From an uncultured Erysipelotrichaceae bacterium (GTDB taxonomy: Bacteria > Bacillota_I > Bacilli_A > RFN20 > CAG-826): a DNA stretch of 64,000 bases. The translations under genes were made by a program, and so were the position numbers. The notes below the pieces were generated by a model. It was not told where the DNA came from and did no database searches. It saw nothing but the letters and a program-made list of their open reading frames with translations. Of this stretch, positions 39,640-50,180 are shown piece by piece (position 1 is the stretch's first letter; the number at the start of each line of letters is the position of its first letter). The stretch spans positions 340 to 64,339 of the forward strand of contig ONGB01000005.1 in the NCBI GenBank assembly GCA_900317295.1. Direction: 5' to 3'.

Positions 39640-40035
39640 TTAGCCGCGGGAGCGCTTGGGCGGACGGCAGCCGTTATGCGGCACCGGGGTCGTATCTTCG
39701 ATGGAGAGAACTTGGAGGCCGACGGTGGTCAAGGCGCGGACGGCGGATTCACGGCCGGGGCCGGGGCCTTTCACTTCGACGTCGACTTGGCGGAGGCCCT
39801 GGTCGAACGCGGTCTTGCCAGCGGCTTCGGAAGCGAGCTGGGCCGCGAACGGGGTGGCCTTCTTGGCGCCCTTGTAGCCGAGTGCGCCGGCCGAGGACCA
39901 GGCGATGACGTTGCCCTGGACATCGGTGATGGTGACGATGGTGTTGTTGAAAGAGCTGTGGATGTGCGCGACGCCCTTCGTATAGGAGCGTTTGATCTTC
40001 TTCTTGCGCGCGTTGGTTTTCTTCGCTTGTGCCAT
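39640..40035 (-). CDS. rpsK: 30S ribosomal protein S11
   Basis: 131 aa; [18 protein letters not shown]...[12 protein letters not shown]. Confidence 0.96.
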   Translation of the reverse strand: MAQAKKTNARKKKIKRSYTKGVAHIHSSFNNTIVTITDVQGNVIAWSSAGALGYKGAKKATPFAAQLASEAAGKTAFDQGLRQVDVEVKGPGPGRESAVRALTTVGLQVLSIEDTTPVPHNGCRPPKRSRG

Positions 40036-40048
40036 GTGATCTTACTCC

Positions 40049-40423
40049 TTACTTGGTGGCCTCTTTCTTGTTGGCAATGGTCTTCCTCTTACCTTTGCGG
40101 GTACGGGCATTGGTGCGGGTGCGCTGACCACGGACGGGAAGGCCCTTCTTGTGGCGAATGCCACGGTAGCAGCCGATCTCGGTGAGGCGCTTGATGTTCA
40201 AGCTGGTCTCGCGGCGGAGATCGCCTTCGGTGTGGTGTTTGGCAACCTCAGCGCGGAGCGCGGTGAGCTGCTCATCGGAGAGGTCTTTGGTCCGAATATC
40301 TTCGGAGACGCCGCAGGCGGCGCAGATTTTCTTCGCGGTCGTGTCGCCGATGCCATAGATGTAGGTAAGGGAGACGACGATGCGCTTCTCATTGGGGATA
40401 TCAACCCCGACAATACGTGCCAT
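40049..40423 (-). CDS. rpsM: 30S ribosomal protein S13
   Basis: 124 aa; [26 protein letters not shown]. Confidence 0.96.
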   Translation of the reverse strand: MARIVGVDIPNEKRIVVSLTYIYGIGDTTAKKICAACGVSEDIRTKDLSDEQLTALRAEVAKHHTEGDLRRETSLNIKRLTEIGCYRGIRHKKGLPVRGQRTRTNARTRKGKRKTIANKKEATK

Positions 40424-40446
40424 GTTTGGTTAATTTTCCTTTCTGC

Positions 40447-40560
40447 TCAACCCTGGCGCTGTTTGTGCTTGGGGTTGGGGCAAATGACCATGACTTTGCC
40501 ATGGCGCCGAATGACGCGGCATTTGTCGCAGATCGGCTTGACGGACGGTCTAACTTTCAT
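40447..40560 (-). CDS. rpmJ: 50S ribosomal protein L36
   Basis: Own translation: [37 protein letters not shown]. Confidence 0.92.
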   Translation of the reverse strand: MKVRPSVKPICDKCRVIRRHGKVMVICPNPKHKQRQG

Positions 40561-40583
40561 AATTCTTTTGCTCCTAGTTAGGG

Positions 40584-40805
40584 TTAGTTCCTGTAGCGGA
40601 ACGTAATACGCCCACGTGTTAAATCGTAAGGTGAGAATTGGACGGTGACCCGATCACCGGGGAGAATTCGAATGAAGTTCATTCGGATTTTACCCGAAAC
40701 GCAGGCTTGGACCACCGCTCCATTGGCGAGCTTCACCTTGAAGTTGGCGTTGGGGAGACACTCCAACACCGTCGCCTCGACTTCGATGCAGTCTTCTTTG
40801 CTCAA
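40584..40805 (-). CDS. infA: translation initiation factor IF-1 (TTG start inferred)
   Basis: (M)[23 protein letters not shown]...[19 protein letters not shown] lies 7 nt upstream of the TTG at 40805. The ORF-track start at 40826 would place this SD inside the gene. Confidence 0.88.
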   Translation of the reverse strand: MSKEDCIEVEATVLECLPNANFKVKLANGAVVQACVSGKIRMNFIRILPGDRVTVQFSPYDLTRGRITFRYRN

Positions 40806-40822
40806 ACGGTTTCCTCCTTTCA

Positions 40823-41572
40823 TCAAAGCTTGGTCAATATCTCGCAGCCGTCTTTGGTGACCACGAGCGTGTTCTCATAATGGCTGGTGAGCCCGCCGTC
40901 TTTGGCGACGACGGTCCAACCGTCTTTGAGGACGCGGACATCATTCTTATGCTCGAAGATCATCGGCTCGACGCAGATGGTCATCCCCTCGCGGAGGATC
41001 GGCCCGGTGCCGGGCGTCCCATAGCAAGGGATGTAGGGATCTTCGTGCATATCGCGGCCGATGCCGTGCCCGGTATATTGCTGGGCGACGGAGCAGCCGT
41101 ACTTCTTCGCGGTGGTCTCGATCGCATGACCGAGATCCCCCACGTGCGCCCCTGGTTTCACCAGGGCCATAGCATTATCGAAGCATTCCTTGGCGATTTC
41201 AATCATTCTTTTTTGCCGCTCGCCGATGATGCCGACCCCATAGGTCCGGCAGGCGTCGCCGCAGTACCCGTTCTTCCTGGTGACCAGGTCGAGCGAGATG
41301 ATGTCTCCATCGCGGAGGATTTTTTTCTCGGAAGGGATGCCGTGGAGGATGACCTCGTTGACCGAGGCGCATACCGAGGCGGGGTAGCCGTAGTAGCCTT
41401 TCTCCGCCGGTTCGGCCCCGTATTTCCGCATGACGCGCTCCACTTGTTCATCCAAGTAAGCGGTCGACACGCCGGGGACGACCAGGGGCCCCACTTCTTC
41501 GAAGACCAAGGCCGCCACGCGACCCGCCTCTCGCATGAGGGCGATTTCGCGTGGGGACTTGATGATGATCAT
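40823..41572 (-). CDS. map: type I methionine aminopeptidase
   Basis: 249 aa; metal ligand context [16 protein letters not shown]. Confidence 0.94.
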   Translation of the reverse strand: MIIIKSPREIALMREAGRVAALVFEEVGPLVVPGVSTAYLDEQVERVMRKYGAEPAEKGYYGYPASVCASVNEVILHGIPSEKKILRDGDIISLDLVTRKNGYCGDACRTYGVGIIGERQKRMIEIAKECFDNAMALVKPGAHVGDLGHAIETTAKKYGCSVAQQYTGHGIGRDMHEDPYIPCYGTPGTGPILREGMTICVEPMIFEHKNDVRVLKDGWTVVAKDGGLTSHYENTLVVTKDGCEILTKL

Positions 41573-42222
41573 TTAGAAGCCTCGAGGAGGGTTTGGATCT
41601 CCTTGAATAGGTTGTCGGCTCCGACCATGCCATCGAAATGGTGGTAGAGGCCTTCCTTCTCATAGAAATCGATGAGGGGTGCGGTCTGCTTGTAGTAGTT
41701 ATCCAAGCGGACCTTGAGGGATTCAGCGTTGTCGTCTTTGCGCTGGATGAGCTCCGCGCCGCAACGATCGCAGATTCCTTCTTTCTTCGGCTTCATGTCG
41801 GTGATGTGATAGGAAGCGCCGCATTTGGGGCAGACGCGCCGCCCGGCGATGCGACGGACCAATTCTTCGTCCGGCACGGAGATATCGATCACGAGATCGA
41901 TGGCCCGCCCGATTTCGGGGCCGAGGACCTTGAGGGCTTCCGCCTGCGGGATCGTGCGGGGGAAACCATCGAGGAGGAAGCCTTCCGCGCAGTCATCGCG
42001 GGAGAGGCGTTCCTTGACCAGGCCGATGGTCAATTCGTCCGGGACGAGGTCGCCCCGTTCGATGATCGCTTTGGCCTGAAGCCCGAGCGGCGTGCCCTGC
42101 GAGATCGCCTCGCGGAACATGTCGCCCGTGGAGATGTGCGGGAGCTTGAACGCATCGACGATGCGCTTGGCTTGGGTGCCTTTACCCGCTCCCGGGGGGC
42201 CCATGAGGATGATGTTTGCCAT
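41569..42222 (-). CDS. adk: adenylate kinase (Zn-lid type)
   Basis: 217 aa; GPPGAGKGTQ P-loop and CPKCG...CDRCG lid. Confidence 0.96.
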   Translation of the reverse strand: MANIILMGPPGAGKGTQAKRIVDAFKLPHISTGDMFREAISQGTPLGLQAKAIIERGDLVPDELTIGLVKERLSRDDCAEGFLLDGFPRTIPQAEALKVLGPEIGRAIDLVIDISVPDEELVRRIAGRRVCPKCGASYHITDMKPKKEGICDRCGAELIQRKDDNAESLKVRLDNYYKQTAPLIDFYEKEGLYHHFDGMVGADNLFKEIQTLLEASK

Positions 42223-42223
42223 A

Positions 42224-43582
42224 TCAGTAGGTGCCTCCTTGCACTTGTTCGAAGGATTTGCCGGCGAGCAAGCCGTCGATTTGGTTGTTCAACTCGATGC
42301 AGACGCCGACGATGATGATCATCCCGGTGCCGCCGATGGCGAGCGACGTGTCGCTGCCGAAGACCCCGGAAAGGGTCAACGCGATCGGAAGCAAGGAGAT
42401 GACGGCTAGGGCGATCGCCCCGATGCAGGTGACGCGGTTGAGGATCTTCGAGACATAACGCTCGGTTTCCTTGCCGGGTCGGACGCCGGGGATGTAGGAG
42501 CCGGACTTCTGGAAGTTGTCGGCGAGGTTCTCCGGGTCGATTTGCATCTGGGAGTAGAAGAAGGTGAAGGCGATGACCATCACCCCGTAAATAATCGCGC
42601 CCCAGGGCATTTGCCATGTTTCGCCGTCGAACCACGGCATGGTGTACATGGACGAATAATTGAAGATCTGCAGCCATTGGGCGCCCGCCGCTTCCGCGCT
42701 GATGAACGATGCGACGACCGAAGGGGCCATCATGATCGAAGAGGCGAAGATGACGGGGATGACGCCGGCGCTATTGACCTTGATCGGAAGGAAGGAAGCG
42801 CGGGCCATGGAAGCCGTTTGGCCGCTCTTGCCGGCGTGCTGGACGGGGATCTTGCGGCGAGCAAGCTCGAAGAAGACGACCCCGGCCGTGATGGCCAGCA
42901 AGGCGAGGATGTAGAGGAAGAATTGGAACGAGCCGCGGATCAGGGCGTTGCTGCCCATCCCTTGGTTCTGGGTAATCCACTTCCCCCACGCGGTGCGGAT
43001 TTGGATCGGCAGGCTGCGTACGCAACCGGCGAAGATGATGACGGAGATGCCGTTCCCTAAGCCCTTTTCGGTGATCTGGTCGCCTAGCCACATGGTGAGC
43101 ATGGACCCGGCGAGGAGGATCGTGACGATGTAGAGATAGGTGAAGAACCCATTGTCGACAAAGTCGATGTAGGAGGAATTCTTCATCGTTTGGATGATGC
43201 CGTAGGCTTGCACCGCCCCGAGCAATAGGGTGAGGTAACGGGTCGCCATTTCGATCTTTTTGCGACCGTATTGACCCTGTTTGGAGAGTTCCGTCAGGGC
43301 CGGCAACACGTCTTTGGAGAGCAGCTGGACGATGATCTGCGCGGTGATGTAGGGGGATACCCCAAGCGCGAATATCGAGAAGTTCGATAGGGCGCCGCCG
43401 CCGAGCAGGTCCATCATCGCCAGCGCGTTGCCGGAATTCATCGCGTCCGTGAGCTCCGGTTTCGGAGTGACTCCGGGCACGGTGATGGCCGCCCCGATCC
43501 GGAGGACGAAGAGAATCATGACCGTGAAGAAAATGCGGCCGACGATTTCTTTGTTTTTAAAGATCGAGACGATTTTTTTCAT
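42224..43582 (-). CDS. secY: preprotein translocase subunit SecY
   Basis: 452-aa polytopic ORF in the conserved spc-operon position. Confidence 0.96.
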   Translation of the reverse strand: MKKIVSIFKNKEIVGRIFFTVMILFVLRIGAAITVPGVTPKPELTDAMNSGNALAMMDLLGGGALSNFSIFALGVSPYITAQIIVQLLSKDVLPALTELSKQGQYGRKKIEMATRYLTLLLGAVQAYGIIQTMKNSSYIDFVDNGFFTYLYIVTILLAGSMLTMWLGDQITEKGLGNGISVIIFAGCVRSLPIQIRTAWGKWITQNQGMGSNALIRGSFQFFLYILALLAITAGVVFFELARRKIPVQHAGKSGQTASMARASFLPIKVNSAGVIPVIFASSIMMAPSVVASFISAEAAGAQWLQIFNYSSMYTMPWFDGETWQMPWGAIIYGVMVIAFTFFYSQMQIDPENLADNFQKSGSYIPGVRPGKETERYVSKILNRVTCIGAIALAVISLLPIALTLSGVFGSDTSLAIGGTGMIIIVGVCIELNNQIDGLLAGKSFEQVQGGTY

Positions 43583-44037
43583 CAGGCGATCACCTTGGCT
43601 TCGCCGCCGAGGTCCTCAATGGCCTTTTTGGCGGAGGCCGAGAACGACTTGGCTTCGACGATGAGCTTCTTGGTCAGCTTGCCGTTGCCGAGGATCTTGA
43701 CGCCATCGAGTTCCTTGCGGATGATGCGCTTTTCAAGAAGGACGGCGGCATTGACCACGGCCCCATTATCGAAGTACTTCTCGAGTTTGTCGAGGCTGAC
43801 GGTGGCATAGACGGTCTTGACGCCGGTGTGCGTCTTGCGCGAGCCGAATTTCGGCAAGCGACGGGCGATCGGGGTCTGGCCGCCTTCGTAGCCATTGGAC
43901 TTGGTGTGGTTGTGCGCACCCTGGCCCTTCTGGCCTTTGCCGGCGGTTTTGCCGTTGCCGCTTCCGCGGCCGCGGCCTTTGCGGAAAGCGTCCTGGCGGG
44001 CGCCTTCGGCGTTACGTAGATCGTGGAGGGAGGACAT
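43582..44037 (-). CDS. rplO: 50S ribosomal protein L15
   Basis: 151 aa; Gly/Lys-rich N-terminus and GGQTPIARRLPKFG. Confidence 0.94.
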   Translation of the reverse strand: MSSLHDLRNAEGARQDAFRKGRGRGSGNGKTAGKGQKGQGAHNHTKSNGYEGGQTPIARRLPKFGSRKTHTGVKTVYATVSLDKLEKYFDNGAVVNAAVLLEKRIIRKELDGVKILGNGKLTKKLIVEAKSFSASAKKAIEDLGGEAKVIA

Positions 44038-44783
44038 TACTTATCTCCTTTCGGAGCGGCTTCGGCCTTCTTGGCTTCGGCGCTCTTCCTCGCGGCGCGC
44101 TCGGCGTCGCGTTTGGCTTTGATCTGCTCCGGCGTCTTTTTGCCGCGGAGGACCATGATCTTGTCGTACTCCTTCAGGGTCTGGAGGCCGGCGGAGACCG
44201 CGCGGACGACGTTCATCGGCTGGCGGGAGCCGTAGACCTTGGCGACGATGTTCTTGACGCCGGCGAGCTCAACGACGGCGCGGACGGCGCCGCCGGCGAC
44301 GATGCCGGTGCCGGGAAGGGCCTTCTTGAGGACGACTTTGGTGGACGCATACTCACCGATGACGTCATGGGCGATGGTGCCTTTGACGATCTGGACGGAG
44401 AGCATCGTTTTCCTCGCGGCGGCGAGGGATTTCTTGATCGCGTCGGGAACTTCGCCGGATTTGCAGGAGGCAAAGCCGTACTTGCCATGGCCATCGCCGA
44501 CGACGACGAGGGCCGAGAAGCGGACGTGCTTGCCGCCTTGGACGGTCTTGGAGACGCGGTTGATCGCGACGACCCTCTCAAGGAGGTCGTCTTGCGGGCC
44601 GGCGTTGCGGCGGAATCCGCCACGGCCACCCCTGCGTTCGGAGGGACGGCCGGTGTGGGAGCCGTTCTTGCGGTCGCCAGGGCGCGGGGCCGAGACGGAA
44701 CCGTGGGGCTCAATGCCGGTTTCTTTTTCCTCGGAGGGCTCGACGGCCTCTTCCGGGGCGATGACTTTGTTTTCTTCTTCCAT
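44037..44783 (-). CDS. rpsE: 30S ribosomal protein S5 with N- and C-terminal low-complexity extensions
   Basis: 248 aa. The S5 core (LERVVAINRVSKTVQGGKHVRFSALVVVGD...) is flanked by E/P/G-rich N-terminal and K/A/E-rich C-terminal tails. Confidence 0.93.
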   Translation of the reverse strand: MEEENKVIAPEEAVEPSEEKETGIEPHGSVSAPRPGDRKNGSHTGRPSERRGGRGGFRRNAGPQDDLLERVVAINRVSKTVQGGKHVRFSALVVVGDGHGKYGFASCKSGEVPDAIKKSLAAARKTMLSVQIVKGTIAHDVIGEYASTKVVLKKALPGTGIVAGGAVRAVVELAGVKNIVAKVYGSRQPMNVVRAVSAGLQTLKEYDKIMVLRGKKTPEQIKAKRDAERAARKSAEAKKAEAAPKGDK

Positions 44784-44794
44784 CGGGATTCTCC

Positions 44795-45151
44795 TTAGAA
44801 CTTCAAGCCGGCTTCGCGGGCGGCGTCAGCGAGGGCCGCGACGCGGCCGTGATAGAGGTAGCCGCCGCGGTCGAAGGCGACGATTTCGATGCCTTTGGCC
44901 TTGGCCTTTTCGGCGAGGTCTTTGCCGACTTTGGCGGCGGCTTCACAGTTGCCGCCGTTTTCAAGTTTCAGCTGGACGGAAGAGCTCGAGACCAAGGTGA
45001 CGCCTTTGGTGTCATCGATGATCTGGGCTTCGATGTTCTTGTTGGAACGGAAGACGCAGAGGCGCGGCTTTTCGGCGGTGCCTTCGATCTTCTTGCGGAC
45101 GCGGGCGTGTTTGCGGAGGCGGGCGTCGTTTCTAGGTTCTTTGTCGATCAT
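44795..45151 (-). CDS. rplR: 50S ribosomal protein L18
   Basis: 118 aa; [36 protein letters not shown]. Confidence 0.95.
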   Translation of the reverse strand: MIDKEPRNDARLRKHARVRKKIEGTAEKPRLCVFRSNKNIEAQIIDDTKGVTLVSSSSVQLKLENGGNCEAAAKVGKDLAEKAKAKGIEIVAFDRGGYLYHGRVAALADAAREAGLKF

Positions 45152-45172
45152 AGTTGCTTATCCTTTCTCCGA

Positions 45173-45727
45173 TTACTTCTTGCCACCGGTGGCGGCAGCG
45201 CGTTTGCCTTCCTTGCGGATGATGTGCTCGCCCTTGTACTTGATACCCTTTCCACCATAGGGCTCGGGGCGCTTGGTGTCATGGATGAGGGCGGCGATTT
45301 GGCCGACTTTCTGTTTGTCGATCCCCTCGACGGTGATGTGCGTTTCGTCGCTGCAGGAGATCTTGACCCCGTCGACGGTGGGGATCACGACTTCGTGGGA
45401 GAACCCGACGTTGAGGACGATCGAGGTCCCGCGCATAGCGGCGCGGTAGCCGATGCCGACGATTTCGAGTTCTTTCTTATAGCCATCGTGGACGCCGGTG
45501 ACGGCATTCGCGATGTTGGCGCGCACCGTGCCATGCAGGGTGCGCTCTTCCCGCTCATCGCCCTTAACGGTGCAATGGACGGCGCCGTCCTTGACCTCGA
45601 CGCTCACGAGGCTGGGGATAGCCACGCTTAATTCGCCTTTGGCTCCTTTGACGGCAAAGACGCCATCTTTGACTTCAGCGGTGACGCCTTCGGGAAGAAC
45701 GACGGGTTTGAATCCGATACGAGACAT
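45173..45727 (-). CDS. rplF: 50S ribosomal protein L6
   Basis: 184 aa; MSRIGFKPVVLPEGV... Confidence 0.95.
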   Translation of the reverse strand: MSRIGFKPVVLPEGVTAEVKDGVFAVKGAKGELSVAIPSLVSVEVKDGAVHCTVKGDEREERTLHGTVRANIANAVTGVHDGYKKELEIVGIGYRAAMRGTSIVLNVGFSHEVVIPTVDGVKISCSDETHITVEGIDKQKVGQIAALIHDTKRPEPYGGKGIKYKGEHIIRKEGKRAAATGGKK

Positions 45728-45747
45728 ATTCTTTTCTTCCTTTCAAC

Positions 45748-46143
45748 TTACCAGACGTAGCAGAGGATTTCTCCGCCGACGCCGGCTTTGCGGGCCTCAC
45801 GGTCGGTCAGCAGGCCTTTGTCGGTGCTGACGATCGCGATGCCGAGCCCGCGGAGGACGCTCGGGATCTTATCGGCTTCCTTGTAGACGCGGAGGCCGGG
45901 TTTCGAGATGCGTTTGAGCCCGGAGATGACGCGCTCTCCGGTGGCGCTGTATTTGAGGTTGATGAAGAGGTTCTTCTTGCCCTCTTCTTCTTCCACGCGG
46001 AAGTCGTTGATGAAGCCCTCTTTCTTGAGGATTTCGGCGATGGCGACTTTCTGCTTCGAGGAAGCCATGGAGACTTCATCGTAGCGGAGCGCGTTGGCGT
46101 TGCGGATGCGGGTGAGCATGTCCGCGATGGGATCTGCGTTCAT
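45748..46143 (-). CDS. rpsH: 30S ribosomal protein S8
   Basis: 131 aa; [13 protein letters not shown]. Confidence 0.96.
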   Translation of the reverse strand: MNADPIADMLTRIRNANALRYDEVSMASSKQKVAIAEILKKEGFINDFRVEEEEGKKNLFINLKYSATGERVISGLKRISKPGLRVYKEADKIPSVLRGLGIAIVSTDKGLLTDREARKAGVGGEILCYVW

Positions 46144-46162
46144 TGTGATTCAATCTCCTTTC

Positions 46163-46348
46163 TTACCAAGAGGCTTTCTTCATGCCGGGGATTTCGCCCT
46201 TGTAGGCGAGCTCGCGGAGGCAGATGCGGCACAGCCCGAAGCGGCGCAGGACGCCATGGGGGCGGCCGCAGCGCTTGCAGCGGGTGTAGGCGCGGGTGGA
46301 GAACTTCGGTTTGCGTTGTTCTTTGTTGATCAAACTTTTCTTAGCCAT
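46163..46348 (-). CDS. rpsN: 30S ribosomal protein S14, zinc-binding type Z
   Basis: 61 aa with CKRCG...CRIC. Confidence 0.95.
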   Translation of the reverse strand: MAKKSLINKEQRKPKFSTRAYTRCKRCGRPHGVLRRFGLCRICLRELAYKGEIPGMKKASW

Positions 46349-46357
46349 GGTTTCTCC

Positions 46358-46975
46358 TTATTTGCGGAAGGGCATGCCGAACTTCTCGAGGAGGGAAGCG
46401 GCTTCCTTGTCGCTGCGCGCGGTGGTGACGATGACGACGTCCATGCCGCGGACTTTGTTGACTTTGTCGTAGTCGATCTCGGGGAAGATCAATTGCTCTT
46501 TCACGCCGAGGGTGTAGTTGCCGTGCCCGTCGAACGAGTTGCGGCTGATGCCGCGGAAGTCGCGGACGCGGGGGAGGGAGATCGAGATGAGCTTGTCGAA
46601 GAACTCATACATGCGGATCCCGCGGAGGGTCACCTTGCAGCCGATCTGCTGGCCTTCGCGGACCTTGAAGGTCGCGATGGACTTCTTGGCTTTGGTGATG
46701 ACCGGCTTCTGGCCGGTGATCTGGGTGAGCTCGGCGACGGCGTCATCGAGGGCCTTGGCGTTCTGCGTGGCATCGCCGACGCCCATGTTGACGACGATCT
46801 TCTCGAGGCGCGGGGCCATCATCGGGGTGGAGTAATTGAACTCCTTGACGAGGGCCGGGCGGATCTCCTCTTTGTATTTCTTGATGAGGCGGTTTTCGTA
46901 TTTCACGGTTTCCACCTCTTCGGCCGCTTTGGCTTTCTTGGGAGCCGCTTTGACGGCTTTCTTTTCTTCTGCCAT
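46358..46975 (-). CDS. rplE: 50S ribosomal protein L5 (K/A/E-rich N-terminal extension)
   Basis: 205 aa; L5 core from [20 protein letters not shown] onward. Confidence 0.94.
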   Translation of the reverse strand: MAEEKKAVKAAPKKAKAAEEVETVKYENRLIKKYKEEIRPALVKEFNYSTPMMAPRLEKIVVNMGVGDATQNAKALDDAVAELTQITGQKPVITKAKKSIATFKVREGQQIGCKVTLRGIRMYEFFDKLISISLPRVRDFRGISRNSFDGHGNYTLGVKEQLIFPEIDYDKVNKVRGMDVVIVTTARSDKEAASLLEKFGMPFRK

Positions 46976-46992
46976 GTTCTGCTGCTCCTTTC

Positions 46993-47298
46993 TTAGTCAA
47001 GCTTGTTGCCCGCGTTGCTCACGCGGATCTTCTTCCCGTCGACCTCTTTGATGTGGACGCGGGTTCTCTTTTTGGTTTTGGGGTCGATGAGGGCGACTTT
47101 GCTCGCATCGATCGGGGCGTAGATGTCGACGATGCTGCCCTCGGGGACGGCCTGGGTCGGCTTCTTGTGCTTTTTGCGGACGTTGACGCCTTCGACAACG
47201 ACCTTGTTGAGCTTCGGGTAGACGCGGGCGACCACGCCTTCCTTGCCCTTGTCGGCGCCGGAGATGACGACGACCTTATCACCTTTTTTGATGTTCAT
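46993..47298 (-). CDS. rplX: 50S ribosomal protein L24
   Basis: Start set at [21 protein letters not shown] (AAGGAG upstream). The ORF-track start would overlap rplN. Confidence 0.93.
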   Translation of the reverse strand: MNIKKGDKVVVISGADKGKEGVVARVYPKLNKVVVEGVNVRKKHKKPTQAVPEGSIVDIYAPIDASKVALIDPKTKKRTRVHIKEVDGKKIRVSNAGNKLD

Positions 47299-47311
47299 GC
47301 TCTGTCTCTCC

Positions 47312-47593
47312 TTATAGGACCTCGACGGCAAGCGAGACGATCTTCATGAAGCCTTTCTCGCGGAGTTCGCGAGCGACGGGCCCGAAGACGCGGGTGCCGA
47401 GCGGGTTTTTGTCTTCGTCGACGAGGACGATGGCGTTGTCATCGAAGGCGATGGTGGAGCCGTCGCGGCGGAGAAGCGGATGCTTCACGCGGACGATGAC
47501 GCCTTTGACGACTCCGCCGTATTGGCGGATGACGCGGACCGAACGGGCGCCGGAGTTATCGGCGACCACGAGGTTGGTCTCGTTGTGGATCAT
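47312..47593 (-). CDS. rplN: 50S ribosomal protein L14, unusually short (93 aa; internal ~29-aa gap relative to B. subtilis and E. coli L14)
   Basis: [27 protein letters not shown] joins directly to [10 protein letters not shown]...[12 protein letters not shown]. Both ends are canonical L14. Confidence 0.85.
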   Translation of the reverse strand: MIHNETNLVVADNSGARSVRVIRQYGGVVKGVIVRVKHPLLRRDGSTIAFDDNAIVLVDEDKNPLGTRVFGPVARELREKGFMKIVSLAVEVL

Positions 47594-47931
47594 TATTTGG
47601 CCTCCTCAGAGGTTTCGACCTCTTTGACGCCTTCCTTTTCCTCGAGGTTGGCCTCAACGGCTTCGGCATCGAGGATGACTTCGGCCTTCTTGTCGACGGA
47701 GACGAGGCGGAACCTTTTCAGCTTCGACATCGGGCGGCAGGCGGAGATGGTGACGGTGTCGCCGACTTTGGCGAGGCCGTTCTCATCGTGGGCGTAGTAC
47801 TTTTTGGAGTAACCGACGCGCTTCCCATAGATCGGGTCATTGCGTTCGGTGGAGACCGTCACGACGATCGTTTTGGCCATTTTGCAAGACGTGACGACGC
47901 CTTGAATGGACGTGCGATGATTTCTTTCCAT
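47593..47931 (-). CDS. rpsQ: 30S ribosomal protein S17 (acidic C-terminal extension)
   Basis: 112 aa; [16 protein letters not shown]...[29 protein letters not shown]. Confidence 0.94.
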   Translation of the reverse strand: MERNHRTSIQGVVTSCKMAKTIVVTVSTERNDPIYGKRVGYSKKYYAHDENGLAKVGDTVTISACRPMSKLKRFRLVSVDKKAEVILDAEAVEANLEEKEGVKEVETSEEAK

Positions 47932-47945
47932 AACGTTCTCCTTTC

Positions 47946-48143
47946 TTATTTGATCTCCAGCTCGCGCTGGCGTTTGACGGTTTTGGCTTTCGCGAGGTCC
48001 TTGCGGACGTAGTGGAGCTGTTCGCCGTGCTCGAGGTTGCCGACCGCTTTCTTGCGGCGGAGCTCGAAGAGCTGTTCTTGCAGCTCGTAGATTTTGGCAT
48101 CGAGTTGCTCAGGGGTCAGCTCGCGCAGTTCTTTGATTTCCAT
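47946..48143 (-). CDS. rpmC: 50S ribosomal protein L29
   Basis: 65 aa; [27 protein letters not shown]. Confidence 0.94.
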   Translation of the reverse strand: MEIKELRELTPEQLDAKIYELQEQLFELRRKKAVGNLEHGEQLHYVRKDLAKAKTVKRQRELEIK

Positions 48144-48559
48144 TACTTGCTGGCCTCCTTGGCGATGACTTTGGTCTTAACCGGCAGTTTGTACCCGGCG
48201 AGGCGGAGGGCTTCCTTCGCGATTTCCGGGGCGGTGCCGCCGATTTCGAACATGACGGTTCCGGCCTTGACGACCGCGGCCCATCCTTCGGGGTTGCCCT
48301 TACCGGAGCCCATACGGACCTCGGCGGGTTTCTTCGTCATGGAGAGGTGCGGGAAGATGCGGATCCAAACCTTGCCGGTGCGGTCCGTGTAACGGGAGAG
48401 CACGATACGAGCGGCTTCGATCTGATGGTCGGAGATGTAGGCGCCTTCGAGGGCGACGAGACCGTAATCCCCGAAGTCGACTTTGGTGAGGCCTTTGGCC
48501 TTGCCCTCATAGGAGAGACCGTGGGGGCGGCGGTACTTAACGCGTTTTGGCTGCAGCAT
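48143..48559 (-). CDS. rplP: 50S ribosomal protein L16
   Basis: 138 aa; [13 protein letters not shown]. Confidence 0.96.
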   Translation of the reverse strand: MLQPKRVKYRRPHGLSYEGKAKGLTKVDFGDYGLVALEGAYISDHQIEAARIVLSRYTDRTGKVWIRIFPHLSMTKKPAEVRMGSGKGNPEGWAAVVKAGTVMFEIGGTAPEIAKEALRLAGYKLPVKTKVIAKEASK

Positions 48560-49307
48560 CTTGGCTTCCTCCTTTGCGTTCGGGCCTGTCGCCGCGGCGC
48601 GGCGGACGGCGATCGTCGTGGAAGCGACCCGCGTTGGGCGAGGGCTCGTTGACGAATTCTTTGTCCTGCTTGTTCAAGGAACGGCAGATCCAGACTTTGA
48701 CGCCGATGCGGCCATAGGCCGTGTAGGCATCCACGTGGGCGAAGTCGATGTCGGCGCGGATGGTGTGAAGGGGGACGACGCCCTCTTTGTAACCTTCGGC
48801 GCGGGCGATTTCGGCACCGCCGAGACGGCCGGAGCAAAGGGTCTTGCAGCCCTTGGCGCCAGCGCGGCGCATCCTCTGGATGGCCTTTTTCATCGTGGAG
48901 CGGAAGGCGGCGCGGTTCTCGAGCTCGCCAGCGATCCACTGGGCGACGAGGTTCGCGTCGAGGTCGGGATTCTTGATCTCGACGACGTTGAGGCGGACCT
49001 CACCGGATTTAACGATCTTCTTCAAAGCCTCGTTGAGGCGCTTGATGTTGGCGCCCTCTTGGCCGAGGACTTCGCCCGGGCGGGCGACGAAGAGGTCGAT
49101 TTTGACGTTGTGGCCTTTGTCGGTTTTGACGCGGCCGATCTCGATGCGGGAGAGCATCGCGGATTTGCACTGCTTCTCAAGGAATTTGCGGATGGCGATG
49201 TCCTCGACGAGGAAGTCACCATACTCTTTCTTCGGAGCGTACCATTTCGAATTCCAGTCGCGGTTGATGCCAATGCGCATGCCGACGGCGTTGACTTTAT
49301 GTCCCAT
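48537..49307 (-). CDS. rpsC: 30S ribosomal protein S3 (basic C-terminal tail)
   Basis: Start set at [13 protein letters not shown] (GGAGGG upstream). The 3' end overlaps the rplP start by 23 nt. Confidence 0.93.
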   Translation of the reverse strand: MGHKVNAVGMRIGINRDWNSKWYAPKKEYGDFLVEDIAIRKFLEKQCKSAMLSRIEIGRVKTDKGHNVKIDLFVARPGEVLGQEGANIKRLNEALKKIVKSGEVRLNVVEIKNPDLDANLVAQWIAGELENRAAFRSTMKKAIQRMRRAGAKGCKTLCSGRLGGAEIARAEGYKEGVVPLHTIRADIDFAHVDAYTAYGRIGVKVWICRSLNKQDKEFVNEPSPNAGRFHDDRRPPRRGDRPERKGGSQDAAAKTR

Positions 49308-49320
49308 TGATTGGCCCTCC

Positions 49321-50169
49321 TTAGTTCCTTTCTTTGACAGTGATGCGGACGTTGGCATTCCGCTTGATGATGCCGGAGGCGGAGCCTTTGGCGCGCGGGA
49401 TGTAACGTTTGATCTTCAGCCCATCGCCGACTTGGATCTCGGAGATGTAGAGCTTGTCTTGCTCAAGGCCGAAGTTGTTGACGGCGTTGGCCGAAGCGGA
49501 GCGGATCAATTTCTCGATGGGCTTCGCGGCGACGCGGTTGCAGATGGCGAGGATGCCGAGGGCGTCCTTGACGTCTTTGCCGCGGACGAGGTTGGCGACG
49601 AGGCGCACCTTGCGCGGGGTGATGCGGACATCACGGGCGAAGGCGTGGGCTTCGGTGACCGCGGGTTTCGCGGGTTCTTCCTTAACCTCTTTCTTGGCCT
49701 TTTTGGATTCCTTGGCGGGTTTCTTTTCCGCTTTGGCTTCCTTCTTGGCGGCTTTCTTCTCTTCTTTGACCGGTTCCTTCACCGCTTCTTCCCCTTCGGG
49801 GAGCTCGACATCGGCGGATTCGGCGTTCTTGGCGACCGAGGCGACGCCGTTGCGGGCGGAGGCGGCGGAGTTATACGGTTCGGAGGAGAGGAGGGCGGAG
49901 CCATCTTCCCCTTCGAGGCGGAAGCGGAATTTCTCCGCTTTGTCGAAGTAGATGACGAATTTCGGGGCCTTCTCCTCTTTGACGGTCTTGTTGGTTTGGT
50001 TTTCCGTCGGGGCGGAGGCGGCGATCTTCTTGACCTCTTCCACGGCCGCTTTGGCTTCGTCCAAGGACTTGAAGACCTTGGAGGCGCCGATGGGCTGGGA
50101 ATTGGGGGCGATCAGCATGAAGTTGAAGCCGGTGTCCGTTTTCTTGATGAGAAATTTGCTGTTAGCCAT
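49321..50169 (-). CDS. rplV: 50S ribosomal protein L22 with an N-terminal tandem YegP/DUF1508-like module and a Lys-rich linker
   Basis: 282 aa. The C-terminal ~110 aa are canonical L22 (ARDVRITPRKVRLVANLVRGKDV...). The N-terminus holds two DUF1508-like repeats (KFLIKKTDTGFNFMLIAPNSQPIGASKVFKSLDEAKAAVEEVKK and KFVIYFDKAEKFRFRLEGEDGSALLSSEPYNSAASARNGVASVAKNA). Confidence 0.9.
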   Translation of the reverse strand: MANSKFLIKKTDTGFNFMLIAPNSQPIGASKVFKSLDEAKAAVEEVKKIAASAPTENQTNKTVKEEKAPKFVIYFDKAEKFRFRLEGEDGSALLSSEPYNSAASARNGVASVAKNAESADVELPEGEEAVKEPVKEEKKAAKKEAKAEKKPAKESKKAKKEVKEEPAKPAVTEAHAFARDVRITPRKVRLVANLVRGKDVKDALGILAICNRVAAKPIEKLIRSASANAVNNFGLEQDKLYISEIQVGDGLKIKRYIPRAKGSASGIIKRNANVRITVKERN

Positions 50170-50180
50170 GACTTCTTACC

